Shown here in pieces: positions 51,150 through 62,835 of a stretch of 64,000 nt of DNA. The position numbers were made by a program, and so were the translations under genes. The DNA comes from Psammoneis japonica (taxonomy: Eukaryota), in assembly GCA_008632985.1 (NCBI GenBank), contig QPGO01000150.1, positions 1-64,000 on the forward strand. Direction: 5' to 3'. The notes below the pieces were generated by a model, which was not told the origin of the DNA, did no database searches, and was given only the letters and a program-made list of their open reading frames with translations. Position 1 is the stretch's first letter. Every line of letters starts with the position of its first letter.

Positions 51150-54100
51150 AAAAATCCGCAGTGATCCGCAGTGGCAAACAAAGAGTTAAAAGAACCGTGC
51201 ATTGGCTGTGAGGCAAAATTTGAGCACTCTGATTTGGAGGACGTGAAATTGAGTCAGTCGCATGATGATGGAAGTGCTCGGAAGTGTCCACATTTTGATG
51301 GCACTCATGGCATTGAAGCTTTGTTGTTTGCTGAGGATTGTTTTCACAAAATCGTCATGAAGTTGGAGTTCACTTCAGGCGAAGAATTGTTTTGTGACTT
51401 TGAAGAAGTGCTGGCTGACACTGCTGAGGACAAATGGGCGAATTTGACCAATGCTGTCACTGATGCTGAATGCTGACAAAACTGTTGCATGCTTTGATCA
51501 AGAGATGAGCCATTTTCATCTGTCTTGCTGCAACAATGAAGTGCATGACACTGTGATTGAATGCTTGCCAACCTTGAAAAAACCATTTAAATCTGAAGCA
51601 CAGGTGCGTGCTGATCGCATGGAGACCCCAATCCGCTGTTCCAATGAGTTGCCAGGAAATGCTCCTCAAGTTGACAATGCTCAGAAGAAGAAGATGATCT
51701 TTGACAGCTTTCCTCATCTGTGGCGTGAGATGTGCATTGAGCAGGATGATCAACAGCTGATGACAGTCTCGCCCAGATCATCAGCCAGGTGAACAATGAG
51801 AAGTCCTTTGTCGACAAGAGCAACAACAAGAAGCAGGACAAGAAGTGAAAAAGCAATTCTTCATCCTCTCAAGCTTCAAGGCAAAGTCGAGGTGACAATG
51901 CTCAAGCTGATCCAGAGTCCAGATGCCCAGCACATGCCAACCGTCATGGTGGAGGTTCAGGTGGAGGCCGTGGAAACTTCCAAGGTGGAGGTTCACAAGG
52001 CCGAGGAGGTGGACGTGGCAGCTGCAGCAACCAAAGCAGTTGTGGTGGCCGAGGTCACAGCAACTGTCAAGGCTCTCAGAATCCCCAAGGCGGAGGATCT
52101 CTTTGTCAAAATCAAAATGGCACCCAAGCCAACAGCGATGCCCAAGGCTGTGGAAATCCAGCTGGAACAGCTCCTCCTGGTGGCTGGCAAATGGAGTTGC
52201 ACCATTTTGATCAAAGAGGGCCTCGTGAGGCGCGAGGTGGAAATGGGTGCAACCAAGGCGGTCGTTTTCCTCAAGGCCAATGCAGTTGGTGTAACAACAG
52301 GAACATTTTGAAAATGACCCGTGATGTAAAAAGCACAAAATGAGTGTGAACGCCTGCAGAAACTGCACGTTTTTGTGCTGAAACTGACATGTTCACACAA
52401 TTTGTGCAAAAATGGACTTGACTGTCATCAGGTCAGGCATGTTCTTGCAAATGTGTTGAAGAAAAATGTGCCTGATCAGAAAACAGTCAAGTCCATTTTT
52501 TGCACAGTTGAGCAAATTCACCAAGGACAGACAGACAGACTTTTCAATGATTGTCTTGGTGCTGTTCTGCACATTTCTGCGCAAATGACTCTGCAGCGCG
52601 AAAGATTGCTGTTGATTGACAAGGGATGGAAGTGCCCAAGTCAGAGTGTGTTGCTCAATCTTTTCATGTTTTTTGTGATTGTGATGAGTGCATTTGTTTT
52701 AATGTTGATGAAAGTGTGGGGGACCTGATGGAATCCCATGCTGTGAATGATCAAGAAACGGGTGGCGCCCTGGAGCACGCTGCACCAACCCCAAAAATTG
52801 CAACTCCCAAAGCATTGAATGTGGTGCCTGCAACATCAATGGCAGCACATGTGCAACTCAAAATCAAGAGAGCAAGCAAGTGTTGCGTGCATTGTCAGAT
52901 TCAGGAGGTGATGCTGACACATTTGTGCATTCTTGAGTTTTGCCAAAGGGAGCCAACCCGACTGTGAACGATGAGGGACAACTGAGTTTTCAGACAGCAG
53001 CCAGATGACATGAGTCCTCCCGATGTGCCATCATGAAGGATTTGGTGCTTCCTGAATTTGACAAGTCCAAACAAGTTGATGGAATCATGGCTCAAGTGTT
53101 TGACTCACCATGCAAATGTGACATGACATTGGGCCAAGATTTCCTTGCCAAAGCCGGCACAGTGTTAGATTTTTGGTTTGGAGTTGTGAAGTGGTTGGAT
53201 GCCACGATCCCAATGAAGCAATCCAATGATTGGAGCCAGGTTCAGAATTGGTTGGATGTGCTGGGCAATCACGAGGAGGATGAAAATGACAAGGAATTGC
53301 CAGGTCAATCCCACATGTTAGATGCGAAGTGTGAAAAGGTGTTGACCATGGAAGTGGCGCAATCACAGACTCATTCAACACAGGAACAATGAAATGAACT
53401 TCAAACCATGCTTGAAAAATGTGAAACTCTTTTTGATGGAACCCTCAGCAAACATCCACATGAGACTGCACACTTGGAAGTTGATCCCAACGCTGCTCCC
53501 TTTCATTCCAAAGCTTGTGAAGTGTCCAAACAAGCGAGGTGGTTTTTAAGAAGGAACTGCAACACCTCTGTGATGTTGGAGCACTGGAACCAGTGGGGCC
53601 AATGGAATGGGTGGCAGGAACCTTTGTGACACCCAAGAAGGAGATGGACGAGTGAGGTGGGTGTCTGACTTTCGAGAGTTGAGCAAGGTCCTCAAGCAGA
53701 AAGTTTGCCCTCTGCCAATTGTCCAAGATGTTGTGCACTGCCAATCAGGGTGCAAATTTTTCACCAAGTTGGACCTCACCATGTTTTGTTGTCAAGTGTT
53801 GAGTCCACTGAGGAAGTTTATGATGCATGTCCCATGAGGACTTGAATGCCCCACAAAAAACCATTTAAATGTTCATGCTCTAGATGCCTGTAAAAGTCAA
53901 TCCATCTAAGTGTTTTGTGTGAAAATGCCACACACACTGAAGACACACAATTCACACTCAAAATCAATTGTTGTTTTGTGCATCACCTGGGACTGGAACA
54001 CGTCTCCAGACTGGAGGAAAATGGCCTCAAAGTCAATCCACTCAAATGTGAGTGGTGCATCCAAGAGACAGATTTTCTGGGCCATTGGCTCACACCCACA

Positions 54101-56350
54101 GGAGTTCGACCATGGAAGAAGAAGGTTGATGCAGCACTGCGAATGCAGCCTTCTCAGAACATGATGCAACTACGATCGTTCATCAGCGCAGCAACCTGCC
54201 ATCAAAACATGTGGCCCCGTTGCTCTCATGCACTTGCTCCACCAACCAAGTTGATTGGCAGAAGCAAATTGGGTTGGACCCCAGAGTGTCAGAAAGCATT
54301 TCAAGATGTGAAGACTTTGATGATGGATGGCACCCTTTGGGTCTGCCTGAATCACAACAAACCCTTCCACATCTGCGCTGATTCCTCCGACCATCAAATG
54401 GGCGCAGTGATCATGCAAGATGGAAAGCCGGCAGCGCATTGGTTGTGGAAGCTCAGCACCGTGCAGCAAAATTGTTCAACCATCAAGAAGGAACTTCTCG
54501 TGGTGGCAATGTGTTTCAAAGAATTTTGTTCCATGTTGCTTGGAGATGATTGCACTGTTTTTGCTGATCATAAAAATCTCACCTTTTGCACACTCAATTC
54601 TCAACGAGTGCTCAGGTGGAGACTCTTTTTGGAGGACTTTGCCCCAACTTTTGAGCATGTTGATGGCAAGGACAACCTGTTGGCAGACTGTTTTTTGCAA
54701 TTGCCACATGTGGATCCACCGTCGGAAGGAAAGTGTGCTCCAAATGAAGGCAAGCTGATGGATTTCAAGGTGATCGACACTGCCATGCTGCCTCATGGAG
54801 AGGAGTGAGACAACACGGATCGTGTGTTTGTTTCACTTGCTGCCGGGAAGAGCCATCTCAGTTCTGTTCCTCCTTTGTTGATGATCCTGAGCCATGTGAA
54901 TCATTCTTGAACTGTCCCTCACTTGATGAAATGCAAAACCCAACAACTGTGCAATGGATTCAGGAGCACCAATTTGTTGATGTGGAGCTGAATGACACGC
55001 AACAACAATGCCCAATGACCCATTGTTGAACATGTGAACCAGTGTCCTGTGATTTGTTGTCATGCTCATCCCAATGCTCCTCCAACAGAGTGGAAAATTT
55101 GCATCCCTGCTGCTTTGTTGCATGATGTGATTCAATGGCATCACAGGACATTGGGGCATGCTGGAATGCGCCGCATGCACGCAACCATTGGAGTGCATTT
55201 TTGTCATCCTGTCCTTCATCAGACTTGTGAAGAATTTTGTTGTGCTGATTGTCAACGCGCTTGAAAACTTTGGGTCCTGGATGTGGGGAACTGCCTGAAT
55301 GCAAAGCATCTTTGCTGCCATGGAATGAAGTTGCAGTCAACCTCATTGGTCCCTGGAGGATTGACACTCAGGGCCAGGAAATTGCACTCAATGCTTTGAC
55401 TTGTGTCGGTGCTGTTTTGAATGTCACTGAACTCATTCGCATTGACAACAAAACCTCTGAGCATGTTTCCCAGCAATTTGAAAATTGTTGGTTATCTTGT
55501 TGTCCTTGTTCTGACTGTTGTGTGTTCATGACAATGGCGGAGAGTTCATTGGAGAAGACTTTCAGCTGTTGTTGCAACAGGCAGGAGTGGAGGATGCACC
55601 CACTGTGTCCAAGAATCCACAAGCCAATGCGGCATGTGAACACATGCATCAAACTGTTGGTGACATCTTGTGCACTTTGCTTCACCTTTGCTCTCTGCAG
55701 AACATCAGGCAAGCTGACCAACCAGTGGGTGACACTTTGGTGACGGCGATGCACGCAATGTGGTGCACCATGTCCCGAGCTCTCAAAGTTTCATTTGGTG
55801 CTGTGGCACTTCATCGTGACATGACATCAGACCTGCCAGTGCCAGCGGATCTTGCCACTGTTCAAGAACACCAACAAGGAATTGTCAGTGCAAATCTCCG
55901 CAGAGCAAATGCCAAATGATGATCCTGCAATTTTCAAGTTGGCAGTGCTTGTCAAGACCATTGATCCCACCAAGCTTGCACCTTGAGCACATGGTCCTCA
56001 CCCCATTGTTCAAGTGCATGCCGGTGGTGCCATTGTGGTTCAACAAGCACCTCACGTGGTGGAACGACTTAATGTTTGGCATGTTGCACCATGTCGAGTT
56101 GAGGTCAAGGGTTTTTTCCCCAACTCTTGGGTTTCCCTTGTTTCCTCTCATGGAATTTGAGTTGAAATTTTAAAATTTGGGAGTCCCGGAAGATTCATGG
56201 AAGGGAAGAGTGCAGTGTCAAGCACCCCATTTTTCTGACACATGGTGTCAATGATCCCATTGGACACAAGAGGAGCCATTGCAATGGGCTTTGCTGAAAG
56301 CAACCTTGTCACCTTGGTCTCTCTCTCACAACTTTGTTGTCACTCAAGTC
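51150..56350 (+). mobile_element. Degenerate Ty3/Gypsy LTR retrotransposon (gag-PR-RT-RH-IN, PPT, probable 3' LTR start)
   Basis: gag with RGG/Gly-rich tract (51940-52280); PR end CDMTLGQDFL; RT GRVRWVSDFRELSK, FTKLDL, LKVNPLKCEW; RH ADSSDHQMGAV, DHKNL, RWRLFLEDF; IN HRTLGHAG..CADCQ, PWNEVAVNLIGPW, HDNGGEF, NPQANAACE; PPT GGAAGGGAAGAG 56199-56210 followed by TG. Confidence 0.9.
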
Positions 56351-58626
56351 TTTGTCTTGCTGGACCTTGCATTTGTGATGCAAAATGTCCTGCCATGGCC
56401 AATGACCTGCCACACGTGTGCAAACATTTCGAGTGTGCTGCAGAACCCCCGGCGCACTGTCCCTGTGGTGTCTCATGGCATCATCCAAGATTTGGTTGTC
56501 TTGAGGCTCAGCTTTGATGCTTGCACTGCCCAGCATCCGTGTGTGGTGGCAGCAGCTCTCACCCTCTTCCTTTTGCAGCCTTTTGTCAGTGGCCAGTTGC
56601 TTGGGGGCACTGTTGTTTGCAGCCACATTCTTTCCTTTGACTGGCTTTGTGGTCTGCTGCTCAAAAGTGCTTTAAGAGCCAGCAAATTGTGCCAAATTCT
56701 GGCACTCTTGTTTGCACAAACCAGCTTGTCAATTTTTTTTTAAGTCAGCCATCTGATGTCCTCTGGTCTGTGCTCCCCTCTCAAATGCCGGGGCACAACA
56801 GCCACTCAAGCATTGCTGCTCTTGCCCAGTTTGTCCTTTGGGTTTGCTGTGCTCTGGCATTTTGACGCTCATCTTTTGCACAAAAAAACCTCAATCTGCA
56901 AAAAAAAAAGGACAGCAGCAACAACACCCTGAGTTGAAAAGCTCATCACACATGTGCGCTGAAAGTCAAGCACAACTGATGCTCACCACAACCTCAACCA
57001 AGGCAACAACTGCCCCACACACACCCACACATGCACGCACATCTGCAGAAACAAAATGATGCCCAAAACAGCACGCAACAAGCAGCCAAGATGATGCAGA
57101 CCCCAGCTGTGCTGCAATCTGACAAACCCAGATTTTCAAGAAATCTCTGCAGCTGTGAGTGCCAAAAAGCTCTTCTTGCGGTGGGCCAAGAAGCTCGTGT
57201 GAAAAGGTTGTTTTCAACAAAAAATTAAATTTTGCAGAGACTCAAGAACACATCACACAGCTTCTCTTTCCATGTGAGGATGTGAGTGTGCCTGACCAAG
57301 ACAGATGGCACATCATGAGATGCGGGAAATTTTTTAAAACAGTGGCTGAGGGTGCATCTTAAGAGAATTTCCAGCTGAGCATCAGCCAATGAACAGCCAA
57401 CTCAGCTTGTTCAGCCACTCACCTCTGGAGCTTTTAAGGCTGATGGAGCTGGGACAAACAATGCACAGTGGCTCCCCATCTCTCAACTTTGCTGAGCAGC
57501 CAATGCACATGGTTGCCTGTGCCACACTCATCATCAAAAATCAACCGCTGTTGTTTTCCAACAAATTGCATGGGGGGGGGGGGCAAGCAGTCCAAAAAAT
57601 GCAGCAGTGTGTCCAGCGGCTTCTTTGTTGCAGTGCCAACCAAGTTAAAATTAACCCCGCCTGTTGGCAAGTTGATGCTTTGGAGTCTGAGAAATGCTTG
57701 TCATTTGAATGGCTCAAGAAGACAGCAGGGCTGTGTTGGCTGCACACCAGCTTTTTTGGCAAAATGTCACACGCTCTGACATTGCACGATCCAGTGCTCC
57801 TCGAGCTGAAGGTGCAGCAGCAAAATGGCAAAGCAATTGCACAAGGTGATTGCTCCCCTTCTTGTCTGTCGGGAACACAGAAAGGCTCAAGTCAATGGTG
57901 ACATCCAGCACATCAGAGTGCACAATGTCGCAATGTCTGCACACATGACAAAAATGTGTTGCCACATCATAAAATCCACTTGTCTGCACATGACGGTTTT
58001 TGTCATTTGGTCAATTGTTGATCTCCTGCTGTTCTTCATGTTTGAACACAGATGTTTTTTAATTTTTGTGCTCTGCCTTTTTCACAACAACTGACGATCT
58101 TCAATGACAAGCCAAACACTGCAATTGCATGCAATGAAATTTTCATCATGCAAAGTGTGCACTGATCATTTAATCAACAACTGTGCTCCAATTTGCCTGG
58201 TCGTCCCATCGTCCTCTTCATTCCACATGTCTTGTCCGCTCTCTTGCAAGAATTTCAAATGTGCCGCTGCCGCGTTGGATGTTTCCTCGTCGCCGTTCCA
58301 AAAAAGCCACACTGCATTTCTTGCATTTGGGCGAACATCATCAAGAGGAAGAGGTCCCTCGAAACGCTGAATCGCATCGCTGCTCCCCTCTTGACGTCGT
58401 GTCGTCGGCTTCTTTTTCTCTTTCTTCATTTTGCCCGTCCTGTTTTTCTCTTCCTTCCTCATCTTGGTGCCGCCTGTTTTCACCGTCTCCGGCATCTTTC
58501 CATCCGAATCCTTCTTTTTCATTGACCCCGTTGCTGTCGCCTTCATCTCTTGTTGTTGTTGTTTTTTTTCTGTTGTGTGTCACTTTGTTTTGGATCCATG
58601 TTTCTGACTTCTCTCTGTGCTGTCTC

Positions 58627-59016
58627 GACGCGTTCCAGGTCTAGGTGGGACCTCGCACTGCTGAACTGTGACATCGATAGTTTTTTGAGTCTCGTCGTAT
58701 GTCGCGCACGTAGATTTCTACGTGATTTTTTCGATATTTTGTGTCATTTTACGGTACACTTATTGAGCGATCCGTCCAACAACTTTTGACATTTTTTGTT
58801 ACAGCGCGATTCTACAATGTCTTAAGAATCGCGTAGGGCAGGCGAAGTTGCAAAAACGTCGAGTGGTAAGAGGCATAATTGTACCACAAACTTGGCCGTT
58901 TATTTGATGTTGAAGATAAATATATCCATTAATTAAATTCTCGTACTACGGAGCTCGCACGTAGAATTCTACGGGCCCAATGTCACAAGGAGTCCCACCT
59001 AGGGCTGGAACGCGTC
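58627..59016. mobile_element. 390-bp inverted-repeat-bounded element (MITE-like or protected regulatory island) with normal TA content
   Basis: 25-bp IRs GACGCGTTCCAGGTCTAGGTGGGAC / GTCCCACCTAGGGCTGGAACGCGTC (23/25 match); TCTC on both flanks; internal repeat CGCACGTAGA(T/A)TTCTACG twice. Confidence 0.6.
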
Positions 59017-59738
59017 TCTCCATTTCCGAATGTTTCTTTATGATTTGCGTCACTTGAAGGCACCCACGTGTTTTTCACGCACCTTAAAGCGCACGCAGAA
59101 ATCCATGTTGTTTTCCTGTGCATGCACCCTTTCTCCTGATGCTGTTCTGCACAACATTTTCTTCCATCAACTCTGCACTCCGCACTGCCCTTTCCCGGCA
59201 TGATCTCATGCAGGATTTCCCTGGGAGAAGTTGCACACGCGTCTGGCAGGTTTTTGTGTTTAAAACTCCAAATCGTGCCAGGCGCGTGTGTGACTTCTCC
59301 CACACACCACTCTGGCACATTTCTGCAGAAACCAGATTTTTTGGTGTTGGAACAGCAACCATGGCGCCACGTGACCTGTCAGCTGCCTCTCTGTCACAAG
59401 ACAACAATGATTCCTGCCTCGAGGAGGCCGCATTTGAATCTCTCTTTGCCAACGATTTTGGAGTGATCGATGGCAACGAGCGGAGCCACGTCAAAGTGAC
59501 AATCGAGACGGTGAAATCCAAGGTTCAGTTTCACCATGATTCCACTTGTGATCCCTCTCCGAATTGGATCGCGCTTGCCTGTGTGTGGCAAAAGTCAAAG
59601 GGCAGACCTCATTTTTTTGCAGAGCCAATGGCTGTGAATCGCACTGTTGCAAAGGAACTTGGGCACAAGAGCTTGCTGCACTTTCTTTCCGCAAAAGGAT
59701 GGAGTTGTTCCAGTTGAGGTGCCAAACATCCTCATGCG

Positions 59739-62700
59739 TTGGAGCATTGTCGTGCTCCCAAAGCAGAGGACATGAAAGTCATCGGCAACAAGGCAAAATC
59801 AACAGACATTGCAACCAACATGATGGCAAAGATTTCCATGTTGTGCAAGCTTCTCCATGATCCCAGATTGTGTGACCCAAAGGGAGAGCCACTTGTCAAG
59901 CACATCAAGCTGAGAAGTTTTGAAGGGAAGGTTTTGCGTTGCGCGCAATGCCTTCACATTGGTTTTTTGATTCTTTGTGACAAGATTCTGCCATGCACAC
60001 CTGAAAGGAATGGTGATTGCAGTTGTTGGCTGCACTCCCTGTTCGGCGAATGTGACAAGACATCGACTTGCATCAACTTTTTGGAGAATTTCCTGGCTCT
60101 TGGTCACTGTGAGACGACCAAAGACGAGTGCCCCATGTCCTTCCCTGAATTCGTAAAGTCGTTGTTCCGCCAACACAAAAATTCTTGGGAAAAGCCCGCG
60201 CGACCAGCGATGCTCGATGTCGAGCGAGAACAAATGCGCGCAACACATGTCAATGAGACTCTTTTAAGATGTGTGAAAATTGATCGTGCAGTTTCTGCCG
60301 CTGACGATTCCAGCAAAAGCAAGGCTGCAAGGGATCGTTTGGAGGCCATGTGGAAAGCCAGGCTTTGTGACTTTGCCACTCAGCACAAGAAGAAAGAAAT
60401 CGGCAATGCAATTCCATCTGTTACGAAAAATGCTCGGAAACGAAAAAATCCAAATGGTGTGAATCCACCACATTGTTTGATTGATTGTTTGTGCTCCTCT
60501 TCTTGTCTCCAATTCTTCCACTCTTCTTGCCAACTCTTTAGCTGCCTCCCTTTGCTCCTCAAGCCCCAGTCTCAAAAACCCCAAAGATGGTGAACCTTCT
60601 GATGTTTCTCAGAACGAATCGCTGATTCTCCAAGATGTGCCGACTCTCAAGGAACAATTTGAATGTTCCCGAACAAAGTGGCCAACCCTCGGTGCGACTC
60701 ATCAGTCACCTCCTCCTCTGCCAGACAATTTCACAAAAGAAGAGCTTGTGAAAGTGTTTCCTGAACCATCTCCGTTTGCGATTCCGGGTGAGGTGAAGTC
60801 ACAACATTCTCGCCTTGTCGTCTTTGAGGAAACCCCCATTTCCGGTTCCTTCAAGGGGAGCTGTGTCAAGCACCAGTTGTTCCACAGCATCTCCGATTTC
60901 CACTTGGTGAATCACCTCCACAAGTTTGTGCATGGATTTGAAAACAGCACAGCTCCCAATGATCCGACGCAAGAATCAATGGTTGCGATTGCTTGCCTGA
61001 CCCAGTCAACCTCTCATTTTTCGACGTGGTCACTCATTTGTGACACACGGACAAGATGTGTCAGAAACACTTTTTTGGATTGCGATTCAGAGTGTCGTCG
61101 ATGCTCCGTGCAGTGTTGGAACATGGCGAGCCAAACGAAAAAAGGGATGGACCAGAATGCAAGTTGCGCTGTCGGATCTGTTTTGGTTGTTGTGGCCAGA
61201 ATTGCGAAGTCGTGGATGGCGAGTTAGCTGAAGTGGGACCTGCTCACAAGCCTGGTGCTGTCTTTGGCAGGGACAAGTGGGAGAAGCTTCCAAAGGATGT
61301 GCAGGTGATGATGGCCTCAATCTTGGACGCCACGCAACTCTGCAAGGATGAAATTAATCTTGTTGCTTTGAAAGAAATGCGCTCCTTCCATGACCCGCAC
61401 CGTGACAGTCTTTTCGCGGCTGAGCTCCGCAAGATGGTTGGAGCCAAGCATGTTAGAAGGACAGGCGTGGAAATTCAAGTGAAGTGCATCTCATCATCCG
61501 GCAAAAAATCCGTCAATTCGAAAACCGAGCTGCACATTGACAAAGAGGATTGTGACATGGATGGGTGCACCAAGACTGGTGCTCTTTGCTTGTCACCATG
61601 AGACGCTGTTGGTTGCTCTTGGTCGTTGAAGGTCATCACTGCATCCAAAGGCAATGCTGGAAACTGTGTCAGTTTGGCACATGGGTGTGCCGAGTTCCGA
61701 TCGCGTGTGCATGGTCATTTCACAAAACTTGATCTGTCACATGCTGCAGAAATGATGAAACACCGTGGCCCTTGTCGTCCTCCGTCGGGCAAGCCAACCC
61801 ACAGAAACATCAAAGATTTTTTCCTTGACCCTCACTCTGTGTGGGTGGAAGAGGAAATTGGCAAGCCAAATCTTCCGTCCGACACAGTTGAGTGTCCCGT
61901 CATTGTCATGCTGAGGAAACGTCTTCCGTTTGCCATCGTGGAGGACTTTAATTTTTTGTGCAGTTGTTCGGCAATCATCGACAACCTCGATGAGGTTGGT
62001 GCATGTGATTGCTTTCGTTGCGCCGTTGTGGCTGGGTGTCAAACCGGATTCTCCCGTTTTCACTGCTTGTTGTGCAACACAGATGCTGTGAAGCGTCCTT
62101 TCGTGGCTGGCGATCATGTCCTTCATTGCTTCAGAGAAGCTGCATGGCCATTCAGCAGCATTGCGGGGGATCGCAACAACCGACGCATGCAGAGCCCGGG
62201 ACTCGATTTCGAGGAGGTTCATGTGGCAGAGTGCGGGACGAAACTCAATGGTTTGATGGACTTGCTTGTTGGCGGACTGGTTGTTGTCATTGACTGGATC
62301 AATGACAATGTTGGCAAGCCAACATTTAACCACAAGGCGATCGAGGACATGTTTGAAACCATGGTCCAAACATGGGATCATGCAGGTGCTGATCATGGAG
62401 AGCTCAGATGCATGAACTCCACACAGATGTTGATGCTGTGTGGCACAGGGATCCATCCTCACCCTGACCTTCGTAATCTTGTCTGTCCGGCTGCCAAGTT
62501 GGGAGCGGCGAAGCAAATGGAGGAAATGAAGGTCCCCGATTTACTCTTGGAACGGATGGAGGGTGATTTTGATTTGGAAGACCATGGAAAGAATGGCCCA
62601 GAGTCTTTGCCATGTGACCTGAGTGCAGCTCGTGAAAAGATGGGAATCTGCGATGTCTTTTGTCATGGACAGCATCTGTTGCTCTTGTTCTCTGATGGGC

Positions 62701-62771
62701 AGTCAATGATCAAGCGGTTTGGAAGGTGTGAATGGGAGCCAGTCCCATTCGTGTCAATTGATGAAGTTTGA
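59739..62771 (+). pseudogene. Decayed long coding region of unknown family inside the TA-depleted block
   Basis: Consecutive + strand ORFs 59739..60593, 60481..61227, 61056..61601 and 61626..62771; protein-like composition but no Tyr and excess Cys/His. Confidence 0.5.
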
Positions 62772-62835
62772 GTCAAACTGGAACGGCAAAGAGAGGTCAC
62801 TTTTTCATGGCAATCACATTTGTTTTTTGTCTGAT

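Noticed and set aside
44762..56200. Alternative genetic code or RNA editing restoring Tyr in TE proteins
   Set aside because: Neighbouring genes use TAY normally; non-coding LTR and PBS DNA shows the same changes; the elements also carry stops and frameshifts.
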